A stretch of DNA of 64,000 nt from assembly GCA_900320225.1 (NCBI GenBank), contig ONRL01000038.1:5698-69697 (forward strand), in the 5' to 3' direction. Shown in pieces: positions 8,059 to 15,580 of this stretch. Made by a program: the position numbers and the translations under genes. How positions within the stretch are numbered: the first letter of the stretch is position 1; every line of letters starts with the position of its first letter. Below the pieces are notes generated by a model, which ran no database searches, had not been told where the DNA came from, and saw only the letters and a list, made by a program, of their open reading frames with translations. Origin of the DNA: an uncultured Lentisphaerota bacterium. Its GTDB lineage: Bacteria > Verrucomicrobiota > Kiritimatiellia > RFP12 > UBA1067.

Positions 8059-8864
8059 AGCGCTTGACTTTGGTTGCGGCCCTTTTAGCCGTGGCATTTG
8101 TGGCGGCGGTCGAGCCGCCGCCGTTCGACATCCACAAGAAGGCGGTCACTCCTGAGGAGAAGGCTCAGCGCAAGGCCTATTTCGAGAAACGCTTCCTCGA
8201 ACACACCGGCGGCAGGATTCTGCGGCCCGGCACGCGAAAGGGGACGGTCTACTACATCAACTGCCAGAAGCGCGCGCAGGCGGATTGGCTGGAGGAGTCC
8301 CGCGATTACATGGCCGGATATTCCAAGTTCAACGTGGCAATCAAAGACGGCGAGTTTGACCTCGCCGCCCCGAAGGTGGAGGGCAATGCCTCGTTGTTCG
8401 TGGTGGATGACGAAAAGTTGCCGCCGATCCTCGTGGCACCGGAGAGTCGCTGGGCAATCGTGAACGTCGCGCCATTGGCGAAGGATGCGAAGCCCGCCTT
8501 CTTCGAGGCTCGGGTCAAGAAGGCGCTGACGCGAGGTTTCTGTTTTCTCTGCGGAGCCAGCAACTCGCAGTTTCCACGTGCGCTGACAGGTGGCGTGACG
8601 GGGCCTGCTGACCTCGACAAGTTCCCCGACTACCGTCTCCCGGTTGACATCGAGAAACGCATGGCTTCATACATGGAACCCTTCGGCGTGACGCCGGCGG
8701 TGATGGCGACATACCGGCAGGCCTGCAAAGAGGGGTGGGCGCCCGCACCCGCCAATGACTACCAGAAGCAGGTTGCCGAAGCCATCGCGAAGGAGAAAGC
8801 CGAGACCCTGAAGGGACCGAAGTCTCCACGAAAGATTGTATTCGACCCCAAGAAGGGTGAGTAG
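8055..8864 (+). CDS. Secreted protein, family S270 (copy II)
   Basis: 269 aa with signal peptide MKRLTLVAALLAVAFVAA. Shares ILVAPESRWAIVNVAPL and ARVKKALTRGF with copies I and III. Confidence 0.8.
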   Translation: MKRLTLVAALLAVAFVAAVEPPPFDIHKKAVTPEEKAQRKAYFEKRFLEHTGGRILRPGTRKGTVYYINCQKRAQADWLEESRDYMAGYSKFNVAIKDGEFDLAAPKVEGNASLFVVDDEKLPPILVAPESRWAIVNVAPLAKDAKPAFFEARVKKALTRGFCFLCGASNSQFPRALTGGVTGPADLDKFPDYRLPVDIEKRMASYMEPFGVTPAVMATYRQACKEGWAPAPANDYQKQVAEAIAKEKAETLKGPKSPRKIVFDPKKGE

Positions 8865-9673
8865 TGAGATTCGTCTACGAGTACCGGACGAGCGACAACG
8901 TTCGGCATGACGGCGAAATCGCGGCGACGGACCGCGAAGCTGCATTCCGGGCCTTGAAGGAAATCGGAATCAGGCCTGGGCGTCTGGAAACGGCGCCGGG
9001 CTTCTTTAACAAGTACCTTGGGAATTGGAAGCTTCGGTTGGCGGCAATTGGCTTCTTCGCCGTGACGGCCGTGGGGGTGTCCCTTCCCTTTGTCAGCTCT
9101 TACTTTGTCGGCACGCGCGAGGAACAGGCCGTTCCGCCTGCTCCAGTCACGGAGACGTCCCTCTATGTTGATGAAAACGGCTTTGCGAAGCCGATCGAGC
9201 GTCGTCAGATATGGGGCGATGAAGCCGTGATCTCTGCCGCCGCCCGACAAAACTGGCGCGTGATCTTTTCTAATCCGGGGGAGCGGCTTCTTGCGCTCTT
9301 CGCCGAGCCAGGCATGAAACTTTCGATGTTGCCTCGTCTGCCGGACTCACTCCAGGAAGACATGGAGAAAGCCCTGCGCACGCGACTGACCATTTCACCT
9401 GACGAACTGGACGAGTATCGGCAGATGAAGTGCATAGTCGAGGGCATGAAAGCGGAACTCCGCGACTACCTTGCCGCAGGCGGAAACTTGGCGGGATACA
9501 TCAAACGACTTCAGGCGAGGCAGAACGAGGAAGTTGCATTTCTTGAGAAGGCGCGTGTGGAATTGGAAAAGCAGATCGAATCCGGTGCCGATCCAGTTAC
9601 TGCCTGGCAGGAGATGAACAAGCGCATCCGGGAACAGGGGCTTCCCGCGTTGCCGATGCCAGGGCTCAACTGA
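8864..9673 (+). CDS. Family-B-like bitopic envelope protein (copy II, divergent)
   Basis: GTG start overlaps the TAG of the upstream gene by 1 nt. MRFVYEYRTSDNVRHDGEIAATDREAAFRALKEIGIRPGRLE head, a TM helix, and a C-terminal region aligning with family B (ERLLALFAEPG.., ..LRDYLAAGGNLAGYIKRLQARQ..). Confidence 0.8.
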   Translation: MRFVYEYRTSDNVRHDGEIAATDREAAFRALKEIGIRPGRLETAPGFFNKYLGNWKLRLAAIGFFAVTAVGVSLPFVSSYFVGTREEQAVPPAPVTETSLYVDENGFAKPIERRQIWGDEAVISAAARQNWRVIFSNPGERLLALFAEPGMKLSMLPRLPDSLQEDMEKALRTRLTISPDELDEYRQMKCIVEGMKAELRDYLAAGGNLAGYIKRLQARQNEEVAFLEKARVELEKQIESGADPVTAWQEMNKRIREQGLPALPMPGLN

Positions 9674-9768
9674 GCATGGCAACCCCATTTTCAGAAAACA
9701 CATAGGTGAAGTAGGCACTTTCCTCGCCGGTCGACAGCAGCGGGATGGCTGCCCAATTGTTTCACTCC

Positions 9769-9798
9769 CTCGATGTCGAGGGCCATCTGGTAGGAGCG
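9769..9798 (-). pseudogene. Fragment of a family-B gene 3' end
   Basis: CTCGATGTCGAGGGCCATCTGGTAGGAGCG is nearly identical to the 3' end of 11154..12266 (..RSYQMxLDIE.. on the minus strand). No ORF is attached. Confidence 0.6.
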
Positions 9799-9850
9799 CC
9801 TTCCTATGCGTTCACAGCCGCTTCGATGCGCTTGCGGCCGCAAAGGAGCA

Positions 9851-10522
9851 TCAAGGCGTCTGGGACGGTGGCATCCATGCCACCGGACATTGGATGGTTC
9901 TGCCGTCTGCTGTCACGAACGAATCGGGCAGACGGCAGCCTGCGGCAAAGCCCTGAGGGATGTTACGGTAAAAGGTTGCGTAGCGGCGAAGTTCGTTGCA
10001 GATGCTCATCTGCGGGTTGAAGACAAGGACAGGAACCCCTATATGGTAACGGACGGTCTTCACTATGGGTGCGAGATCGGTGTCGCCAGAGATGAGAACA
10101 AGGCTGTCGGCGCGTCGTTCGTAAGCATCGCGCAGCATTGCATCAGCGATGTTTACATCTGTCATCTTTTCCGTGATACGAAGCACCTTGATGCGACCGT
10201 CGCTCCGTCTTTTGCCGCAGGACGTACAGGGTTCACGGACAGGGGTGAGAAGTTCGGCCTGTTCGCGATAGCGGCCTTCGATGATTTCGACGAGAGGACG
10301 ATTGGCAAGCGCTTTGAGATATTGTTCCTGCCGTTGGGCGTGGTGCTGGTTCGGGGTTTTGTCGATTACGCGAGACGTGAAGTACTTGATGGCGACGATA
10401 ACATGGTCTGGTTTGAGAAGTTTGGAGGAGAAGGTCTCAAGATCAAGCCATTTGTTGTCGGTACCGCGAAGTTGTCCATAGTAGAGGTTACTGGCATCGA
10501 TGTAGATGATTGTGTTTTTCAT
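9851..10522 (-). CDS. NYN-domain putative ribonuclease, copy II
   Basis: Start taken at MKNTIIYIDASNLYYG (10522). VLISGDTDLAPIVKTVRYHIGVPVLVFNP motif present. The listed ORF extends upstream through a duplicated, decayed NYN 5' fragment. Confidence 0.85.
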   Translation of the reverse strand: MKNTIIYIDASNLYYGQLRGTDNKWLDLETFSSKLLKPDHVIVAIKYFTSRVIDKTPNQHHAQRQEQYLKALANRPLVEIIEGRYREQAELLTPVREPCTSCGKRRSDGRIKVLRITEKMTDVNIADAMLRDAYERRADSLVLISGDTDLAPIVKTVRYHIGVPVLVFNPQMSICNELRRYATFYRNIPQGFAAGCRLPDSFVTADGRTIQCPVAWMPPSQTP

Positions 10523-10622
10523 TGATTCCTCCTGAAAGTGCAAGAGCCGGGCTTGCGCCCGGCTCCGCGCCGCCTCCCCGAAAGTCGGCGGGTTAAACGC
10601 CCCGTCATTGGGGGCAGTTGGA

Positions 10623-10651
10623 AGTATACCAAAGATAGTGGCGGCGCGCAA
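10623..10651 (-). promoter_or_regulatory. Putative promoter of NYN copy II (TTGCGC-N17-TATACT, minus strand)
   Basis: The reverse complement reads TTGCGC (10651..10646), a 17-nt spacer, then TATACT (10628..10623). A GAGCCGGGC-GCAA-GCCCGGCTC hairpin and a GGAGG RBS follow. Confidence 0.5.
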
Positions 10652-10675
10652 GGGGCCACTCGAAAAATTCGGCAA

Positions 10676-10723
10676 TCCATCGATATATGCAATAGATTTC
10701 TTTATCGTATCCTGAAACTGCAA
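10676..10723 (-). pseudogene. Decayed 5' fragment of a NYN gene
   Basis: Encodes ..QFQDTIKKSIAYIDG, matching the copy I N-terminus (QFLDTMKKTIAYIDG), but the ATG is mutated to ATA and homology stops after 16 codons. Confidence 0.6.
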
Positions 10724-10810
10724 AGGCCTCTCGCCTATCGGCTTGAGGCCCTGCCCCGCATCGGCAGAGCCTCACGGTCGGATATCAACCCTTTAACGGG
10801 TTCGGACGGT

Positions 10811-10839
10811 AGTGTACCACATCGCAGGGCATGGTGCAA
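10811..10839 (-). promoter_or_regulatory. Orphaned NYN-type promoter (TTGCAC-N17-TACACT, minus strand)
   Basis: Same box sequences and spacing as at 12285..12313. It now drives only the NYN 5' fragment. Confidence 0.4.
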
Positions 10840-10903
10840 GGGGGTGTGCAAAAAAAGAGGAAGTTCACACCAGGTTAGAATTTCATTTTTTTCAATTACC
10901 CCC

Positions 10904-10932
10904 TTGCGGACGGGCAAGGCATGTGGTATCAT
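10904..10932 (+). promoter_or_regulatory. Putative promoter upstream of the Abi remnant (TTGCGG-N17-TATCAT)
   Basis: CCCCCTTGCGG..TGGTATCAT, the same pattern as the promoters upstream of rpmE and the tRNA cluster. Confidence 0.4.
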
Positions 10933-11000
10933 ATCGTCATCTCAACCGCCTCGCCTCTCTGCCGTAAGGCATGATGCGCGTATTTGGCGGTTACTTTTTT

Positions 11001-11149
11001 ATGCCGACACCAAACCGTACCAATCCATTGAACAGCAAATCGCTTTGCTGGAGAGTCGCGGTTTGGCGATTGATGTCGACGCAGATGTCGCCAAGCGGTT
11101 CCTTGCGAACGTGAACTATTACCGCCAAAACAGGTCTGACCTGTTTTGA
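11001..11149 (+). pseudogene. Abi (abortive-infection, Abi_2/AbiD-F-like) gene remnant
   Basis: The frame encodes ..TKPYQSIEQQIALLESRGLAIDVDADVAKRFLANVNYYR.., the characteristic N-terminus of Abi_2 proteins. It is out of frame with ATG 11001 and is cut off after ~45 codons where the palindrome at 11126 begins. Confidence 0.6.
11126..11148. repeat. REP-like palindrome CAAAACAGGTC-T-GACCTGTTTTG
   Basis: Perfect 11-bp arms. Lies between the convergent Abi remnant and family-B copy III. Confidence 0.9.
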
Positions 11150-11153
11150 CACT

Positions 11154-12266
11154 TTACTCGTCGATGTCGAGGGACATCTGGTAGGAGCGGAGGGCGTCGG
11201 GCAGGGCGAGCGGGTAGATGCCCATCGCCTGAAGCTGCGCGTTGGCTTTCAGCCAGTAGGCGTAGGCGGCCTTCAGGGAATCTCGCCCACTGGGAGAACG
11301 GGTATCTTTCTCGTTCAACATGTCGTTGAGCTTCTGCTCCGCGCGCTCGCGGTACGAAACCTCCAGCTTCTGGCGCTTCTCCAGCTCGGCGAGATACTGC
11401 TCAACCGTGCCGCCTCCGGCGATGTAGGCCCGCAGTTCGCGCTTCATGCCGGTGACGATGCGTTTGAGGTCAACCACCTCCGTGAAGTCCGTCGAGGCGA
11501 TGCGGATCGGCTCGCGCAGGGCGGCCTCGAAATCGGCCGGTATCGGCCGCGCCGCATGTGAAGCGGCGAGAGCGCCGCTTCCCCGAAGGGTACCGACGTT
11601 GGATGAAGCGCCGCCTCCCCGAGGGGAAGCCGACTCTCGGGGAAGCGACACTCCTGTCGCTTCACCCGGCGCGAGGGTCGCCGGTGGTGTCTCAAGAGTC
11701 GCGGGCGGCTGCCGCCCTGGCTCGGCATAGCGCGCGAGCCACCTCTCGGCCGCGAATTTGAACACGCCGTTGGTCGGTTGGGATTTCGCCTCGCTGGAAG
11801 AAAGGGCATCGCGCCCGTTCATCGCTCCTTCAATTCTTCGCCTGTCGCCCGGTATCATCTGGCGGGGTAATGGCTCGGCCACGCGCAGTGTCACCGGCCC
11901 CTGCGGGGTCGTGACCGTGATCGGCTGGTCGGAGTTGGCTGCGGGCAATTCGCCGTTCGGGCGTCGCATCCACCACACCACGCCGCCGAGGACGGCGGCG
12001 AAAAGAACAACGGCCGCGACGAGGAGATTGCGCTTCTTGAATGAAGCGGCGAGAGCGCCGCTTCCCCGAGGGGAGCCGCTATTCGGGGAAGCGGCACTCT
12101 TGCCGCTTCCTTCATCAGTCGCATTATCTCCTGCCGCCACCACCTTGATCGGCTTGATGCCAAGCTCGGTCCGTATCTTGGCAAACGCCGCGTCGCGGCT
12201 CTCGGCCTCGATCTCGGCCGTGTGCCGCTCACCATCGGACGAGCGGTATGTGTAGGTGAACTTCAT
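11154..12266 (-). CDS. Family-B bitopic envelope protein (copy III, expanded by hairpin repeats)
   Basis: Start at MKFTYTYRSSDGERHTAEIEAESRDAAFAKIRTELGIKPIKV. Ends ..QAMGIYPLALPDALRSYQMSLDIDE. Longer than copy I because of segments containing four H1 repeats. Confidence 0.85.
   Translation of the reverse strand: MKFTYTYRSSDGERHTAEIEAESRDAAFAKIRTELGIKPIKVVAAGDNATDEGSGKSAASPNSGSPRGSGALAASFKKRNLLVAAVVLFAAVLGGVVWWMRRPNGELPAANSDQPITVTTPQGPVTLRVAEPLPRQMIPGDRRRIEGAMNGRDALSSSEAKSQPTNGVFKFAAERWLARYAEPGRQPPATLETPPATLAPGEATGVSLPRESASPRGGGASSNVGTLRGSGALAASHAARPIPADFEAALREPIRIASTDFTEVVDLKRIVTGMKRELRAYIAGGGTVEQYLAELEKRQKLEVSYRERAEQKLNDMLNEKDTRSPSGRDSLKAAYAYWLKANAQLQAMGIYPLALPDALRSYQMSLDIDE
11560..11581. 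repeat. H1 hairpin repeat
   Basis: GAAGCGGCG-AGAG-CGCCGCTTC followed by CCCGAAG, inside the family-B copy III CDS. Confidence 0.85.
11642..11663. repeat. H1-like hairpin repeat (variant arms)
   Basis: GAAGCGACA-CTCC-TGTCGCTTC preceded by CTCGGG, inside the family-B copy III CDS. Confidence 0.75.
12043..12064. repeat. H1 hairpin repeat
   Basis: GAAGCGGCG-AGAG-CGCCGCTTC followed by CCCGAGG, inside the family-B copy III CDS. Confidence 0.85.
12087..12110. repeat. H1 hairpin repeat (opposite orientation)
   Basis: GGAAGCGGCA-CTCT-TGCCGCTTCC preceded by TTCGGG. It is the orthologous copy of the repeat at 2647..2670. Confidence 0.9.
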
Positions 12267-12284
12267 TTTCTCACACATGCCCTC

Positions 12285-12313
12285 TTGCACCATGCCCTAC
12301 GATGTGGTACACT
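12285..12313 (+). promoter_or_regulatory. Putative promoter of NYN copy III (TTGCAC-N17-TACACT)
   Basis: TTGCAC 12285..12290 and TACACT 12308..12313. It lies 18 nt from the divergent family-B start codon (12266). Confidence 0.5.
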
Positions 12314-12414
12314 ACAACCGAACCCCTTGATGGGTTGCTAACCACCCGCTGAGCTACGGCAATGCGGTGCAGAGCCGGGCGTAAGTCCGGCTCTTGCCTT
12401 TTCGGGAAACAGTT

Positions 12415-13074
12415 ATGCAAAAGAAACAGACAATCTTCTACATAGATGGCTTCAACCTTTATCATGGTCTGTTGAAAGATACGCCCTCTCGCCAGTGGCT
12501 CGATCTTGAGCGTTTCGCAACATCCCTGCTCCCGCGTCTGGAAGAACATGATGTCGTCGCCATCAAATACTTCACGGCCCGAATCAAGTATAATCCCGCA
12601 GACCCGCAAGCCGCATTCAACCAAGACCGCTATCTTGATGTCCTTGGGACTTTCCCCAAGATCAAGATCATCGAAGGCTTCTACAAACGATTTCGGGTCA
12701 AGCTTCCTTTCGCGGCAGAACCATGCAAGAGCTGCGATAAGATGCCCTACGGTCTCGTATACCGCACGGTCGAGAAACGTTCTGACGTAAACCTTGCCAC
12801 TGAAATGATGGCCGATGTCATTCGCCGTGCCGCCGATACATTTGTCGTCATAAGCGGAGACGTTGATTTCGCCGCACCGCTTTGCTTCATCAGACATGAG
12901 GCTAAGTTGAGAACACTGGTCTTTAATCCACATGAAAAAGTGTGTGAGGAGCTTCGTCGCTTCACATCCTACTACAGGAACATCCCTCGCGACCTGCCGA
13001 CGCGGTGCCAGCTGCCGGACGTGGTGCCGCTTCCCAACGGCCGCACGATCCACCGCCCGCCCGCGTGGGCGTAG
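12415..13074 (+). CDS. NYN-domain putative ribonuclease, copy III
   Basis: ATG at 12415 (MQKKQTIFYIDGFNLYHG). VVISGDVDFAAPLCFIRHEAKLRTLVFNP motif present. The C-terminal ..RCQLPDVVPLPNGRTIHRPPAWA is identical to copy I. Confidence 0.85.
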   Translation: MQKKQTIFYIDGFNLYHGLLKDTPSRQWLDLERFATSLLPRLEEHDVVAIKYFTARIKYNPADPQAAFNQDRYLDVLGTFPKIKIIEGFYKRFRVKLPFAAEPCKSCDKMPYGLVYRTVEKRSDVNLATEMMADVIRRAADTFVVISGDVDFAAPLCFIRHEAKLRTLVFNPHEKVCEELRRFTSYYRNIPRDLPTRCQLPDVVPLPNGRTIHRPPAWA

Positions 13075-13110
13075 CCGACGACGCCGGTATGTGCAGGTGG
13101 AGCCCACGCC

Positions 13111-13935
13111 CTACTTCTTCGTGTTTGGCGGCGGAATCGTGATCGGGTTCGTCGGCCCGCGCTCCTTGTCGGCGCGTACCTCATCCCATATCTTCTGCTG
13201 AATGGCATCCTTGGGCTTTTCCGCCCAGCCTTCCTTGCATGCCTGCCGGTAAGAGACATAGATGGCAGGTGTGACGCCGATTGGCTCTAGGTACGGTGCC
13301 ATGCGCGCCACAACGTCCATCGAGAGGCGTTCGTCCGAGATGTGGTCAAGGTCTTCTGGCTTGTACATGCCACTGGTGAGCGAGCCGGGGAAGTTCGAAC
13401 TCATCGCGCCGCACAGGAGGGCGAACCCCCGCGACATCTCCTTGAGGACTCGTGCCTTGAAAAAGGCGGGGGCGGATCCCCTACCCGTCTTCAACGGAGC
13501 AACGTTCAGGACAGTCCACCTGTTCTCGGGGGCCGCCACAAGGGAAGGGAATGTGGGATCGTCAATAATGTAAAGAGAGGCATTCCCCTCAATTTTCGGG
13601 GACGGGAATGAGAACGTGCCGTCCCTGAGCGTGATCTGCAGGCGGGTTTCCTTTTTGAGGTACTCAATTGATCGCTCTAGGACTTCCTTCTCGGCGGCCT
13701 TCTGACAATTGACGATGGTAATCTCACCTTTCAGCGAGTCTTTCCGGACAAGCGTTCCTCCGGTACGCTCGTATTTCCGCTTCATCAGCCACTCCATACG
13801 GATCTTGCGCTCGGCCTCGTTGGTCGGCTTCGTGCGTGGATCGTACGGCTTCGCCTCGTCCGCCACCGCGCCGGAGGCCAAGCAGAATGCCACCGCGCAG
13901 AGCATCCATTTCCCGACTGTCATGTATCCGTTCAT
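13111..13935 (-). CDS. Secreted protein, family S270 (copy III)
   Basis: 274 aa with a signal peptide (MLCAVAFCLASGAVA). Contains SLVAAPENRWTVLNVAPL and ends KERGPTNPITIPPPNTKK. Confidence 0.8.
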   Translation of the reverse strand: MNGYMTVGKWMLCAVAFCLASGAVADEAKPYDPRTKPTNEAERKIRMEWLMKRKYERTGGTLVRKDSLKGEITIVNCQKAAEKEVLERSIEYLKKETRLQITLRDGTFSFPSPKIEGNASLYIIDDPTFPSLVAAPENRWTVLNVAPLKTGRGSAPAFFKARVLKEMSRGFALLCGAMSSNFPGSLTSGMYKPEDLDHISDERLSMDVVARMAPYLEPIGVTPAIYVSYRQACKEGWAEKPKDAIQQKIWDEVRADKERGPTNPITIPPPNTKK

Positions 13936-14924
13936 TTCTTGTTGTTCCTTTCTTCTTTTTCCTTCATGAGGAGTTCCATGCGTTTCCTGGTGATGGGACC
14001 GACCTTGAGCGGCGCGATTCCCTTTTCAGCCAGCAGGATGTTGGCCGCCTTGATGAAGTCCTCCACATCGTCGTCCGTCACGCCTTCCTTCTGCCGGTAT
14101 TCACTGAGCTCGTTCTGGAGGAGACGCTTGAAATTGTGCAATTCCTGCATTTCACGCCGGGTATCGAGCATGATCTGCTCGATGTCCTCGCCGCGGTCCA
14201 GCGCCGCCTTCAAGTTGATCTTGGTGTCACGGACGGCTTTCTTCAGTTCACGGGCGTATTCGTCGTCTTCGGGGCCGATGACGATCGGGGTCTCAAGGGA
14301 CTTGAGGAACTCCGCCTTGAAGCTCCCGTTGTAGCGAGGATCGCCCACCAACCCTTCTCCGGGTGTCATCGTGAGGAAGCACGCAATCTCGTTCTCACAG
14401 TGATGCTCGAATATCTCGTACTTGGAGACGCTGGTGCGCGACACGTCATTTGTCACCTCGCCCCTGATCCGGTGCAGGCGTCCGGACGGCAACTTGATGT
14501 AGCCGTTGACGATTTCGCCCACCTTTTCGGGACGGGCGTTCGGGTCAACCTTCACAGGCTTGGGTTCGACGGGTTTTGCCACGACGTTGGTTTCTGCCGG
14601 TTTCGGGCGCGGCTTCGGTGTGGCCGCCGGCTTCGGAGCGGCTTGTTTCTTTTGCACGGGTTTGGGAGCGGGAGTTGGCTGTGGCTTGGGCGACAGGAAG
14701 AACCATGCCACGCAGGCAATTATGACAACGACGGCAGCGGCGACGGCGCCCTTTATCCACGCGGGCCTGCGTGATGGAGACGCGACGTGCCCGCCCTCTG
14801 TGACGGAACGCGGGACGATCCCGCGCGCGCGGCACGAGGCAACAGCCGCCGCGCGGTCGGCGGCATCAATGACCTCTGTCGCAGGAGATCCGTCTTGCCT
14901 TCGGTATGTTACAGTAAACTTCAT
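13932..14924 (-). CDS. Family-A bitopic envelope protein (copy III)
   Basis: MKFTVTYRRQDGSPATEVIDAADRAAAVASCRARGIVPRSV head, TM helix (AVAAAVVVIIACVAWFFL) and a Pro/Lys-rich linker. The C-terminal domain is collinear with 7042..8058. ATGA overlap with the S270 gene. Confidence 0.85.
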   Translation of the reverse strand: MKFTVTYRRQDGSPATEVIDAADRAAAVASCRARGIVPRSVTEGGHVASPSRRPAWIKGAVAAAVVVIIACVAWFFLSPKPQPTPAPKPVQKKQAAPKPAATPKPRPKPAETNVVAKPVEPKPVKVDPNARPEKVGEIVNGYIKLPSGRLHRIRGEVTNDVSRTSVSKYEIFEHHCENEIACFLTMTPGEGLVGDPRYNGSFKAEFLKSLETPIVIGPEDDEYARELKKAVRDTKINLKAALDRGEDIEQIMLDTRREMQELHNFKRLLQNELSEYRQKEGVTDDDVEDFIKAANILLAEKGIAPLKVGPITRKRMELLMKEKEERNNKK

Positions 14925-14966
14925 GGCAATCCTCCCGTCTGAAAACGAGACTCTTGGGCGGTTGTG

Positions 14967-14997
14967 AAAAAGCCCACCCGCAATGTGCGGGCGGGCC
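14967..14997 (-). terminator. Hairpin plus T-run between the PEP-CTERM gene and the family-A gene (cassette III)
   Basis: The minus strand reads GCCCGCCCGCA-CATT-GCGGGTGGGC followed by TTTTT. Same relative position as 6909..6945. Confidence 0.5.
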
Positions 14998-15061
14998 TTT
15001 CTCTTAGTGGAACACGCAACTCGCGCATTCCAGAGCGGGTTGGCAACCCGTTCTATTAGAC

Positions 15062-15532
15062 TTACTTCTGCTTGCGGCGCAACGCGAGCATGCCAGCGCC
15101 CACGAGGAGTAGAAGCCCGCTCGTCGGCTCGGGAATGTCACCGCCGCCCCAGTTGCTGGCGTTCTGCGTAGCGGAGGCCATGTTGCCAAAACCAATGGCT
15201 GCAACATCAGAAGCCTGGGCAATTGCACTAACAGACTGCGAGGTGAATGTTTTGCCGTTATCCGTAATGGTAAAGTAGAAGTTATACTCATTACCCGCTA
15301 CAAATGCAGCATCTGAGAATTCAGTATTTGCAGCCTTAACCGCACCACTAGCGGCAGTAGCAGCTGCCGAGAATGACGCGACCTCAGCGCAATACAAAGT
15401 GACCGCACCAGACCACTTCGTTGTACCGTCGGAGCCATAGATGTTGGCAGCCGACCACTTAAAGGACGCCGCATTGGCTACTGTTGCAACCAAGGCAAGC
15501 GCCATAACAATCATTACTTTTTTCATTTTCAT
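15062..15532 (-). CDS. PEP-CTERM sorting-domain protein (copy III)
   Basis: Start MKMKKVMIVMALALVATVANA. C-terminus IPEPTSGLLLLVGAGMLALRRKQK. Shares SFKWSAANIYGSDGTTKWSGAVTLYC with copy II. Confidence 0.9.
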   Translation of the reverse strand: MKMKKVMIVMALALVATVANAASFKWSAANIYGSDGTTKWSGAVTLYCAEVASFSAAATAASGAVKAANTEFSDAAFVAGNEYNFYFTITDNGKTFTSQSVSAIAQASDVAAIGFGNMASATQNASNWGGGDIPEPTSGLLLLVGAGMLALRRKQK

Positions 15533-15580
15533 TTTCCTTTTTTTCCTATGTGTCACACAATGTGACACATTTGAAATTGT

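Noticed and set aside
10538-11149. Listed 203-aa ORF spanning the NYN upstream region to the palindrome.
   Set aside because: Its first two thirds run antisense through promoter and leader sequence and gene fragments and have no coding signature. Only the last ~45 codons are meaningful, as the Abi remnant.
12318-12360. tRNA-like stretch on the minus strand (GCCGTAGCTCAGCGGGTGGTTAGCAACCCATCAAGGGGTTCGG), with a D-arm-like GTAGCTCAG and an anticodon-arm-like AACCC-ATCAAGG-GGGTT.
   Set aside because: There is no T arm (GGTTCGAAT-type), no acceptor pairing and an imperfect D stem. The stem-loop part is the conserved hairpin of the NYN leader and is shared with copies that lack the D-arm-like part. 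At most it is a decayed tRNA fragment, not a tRNA gene.
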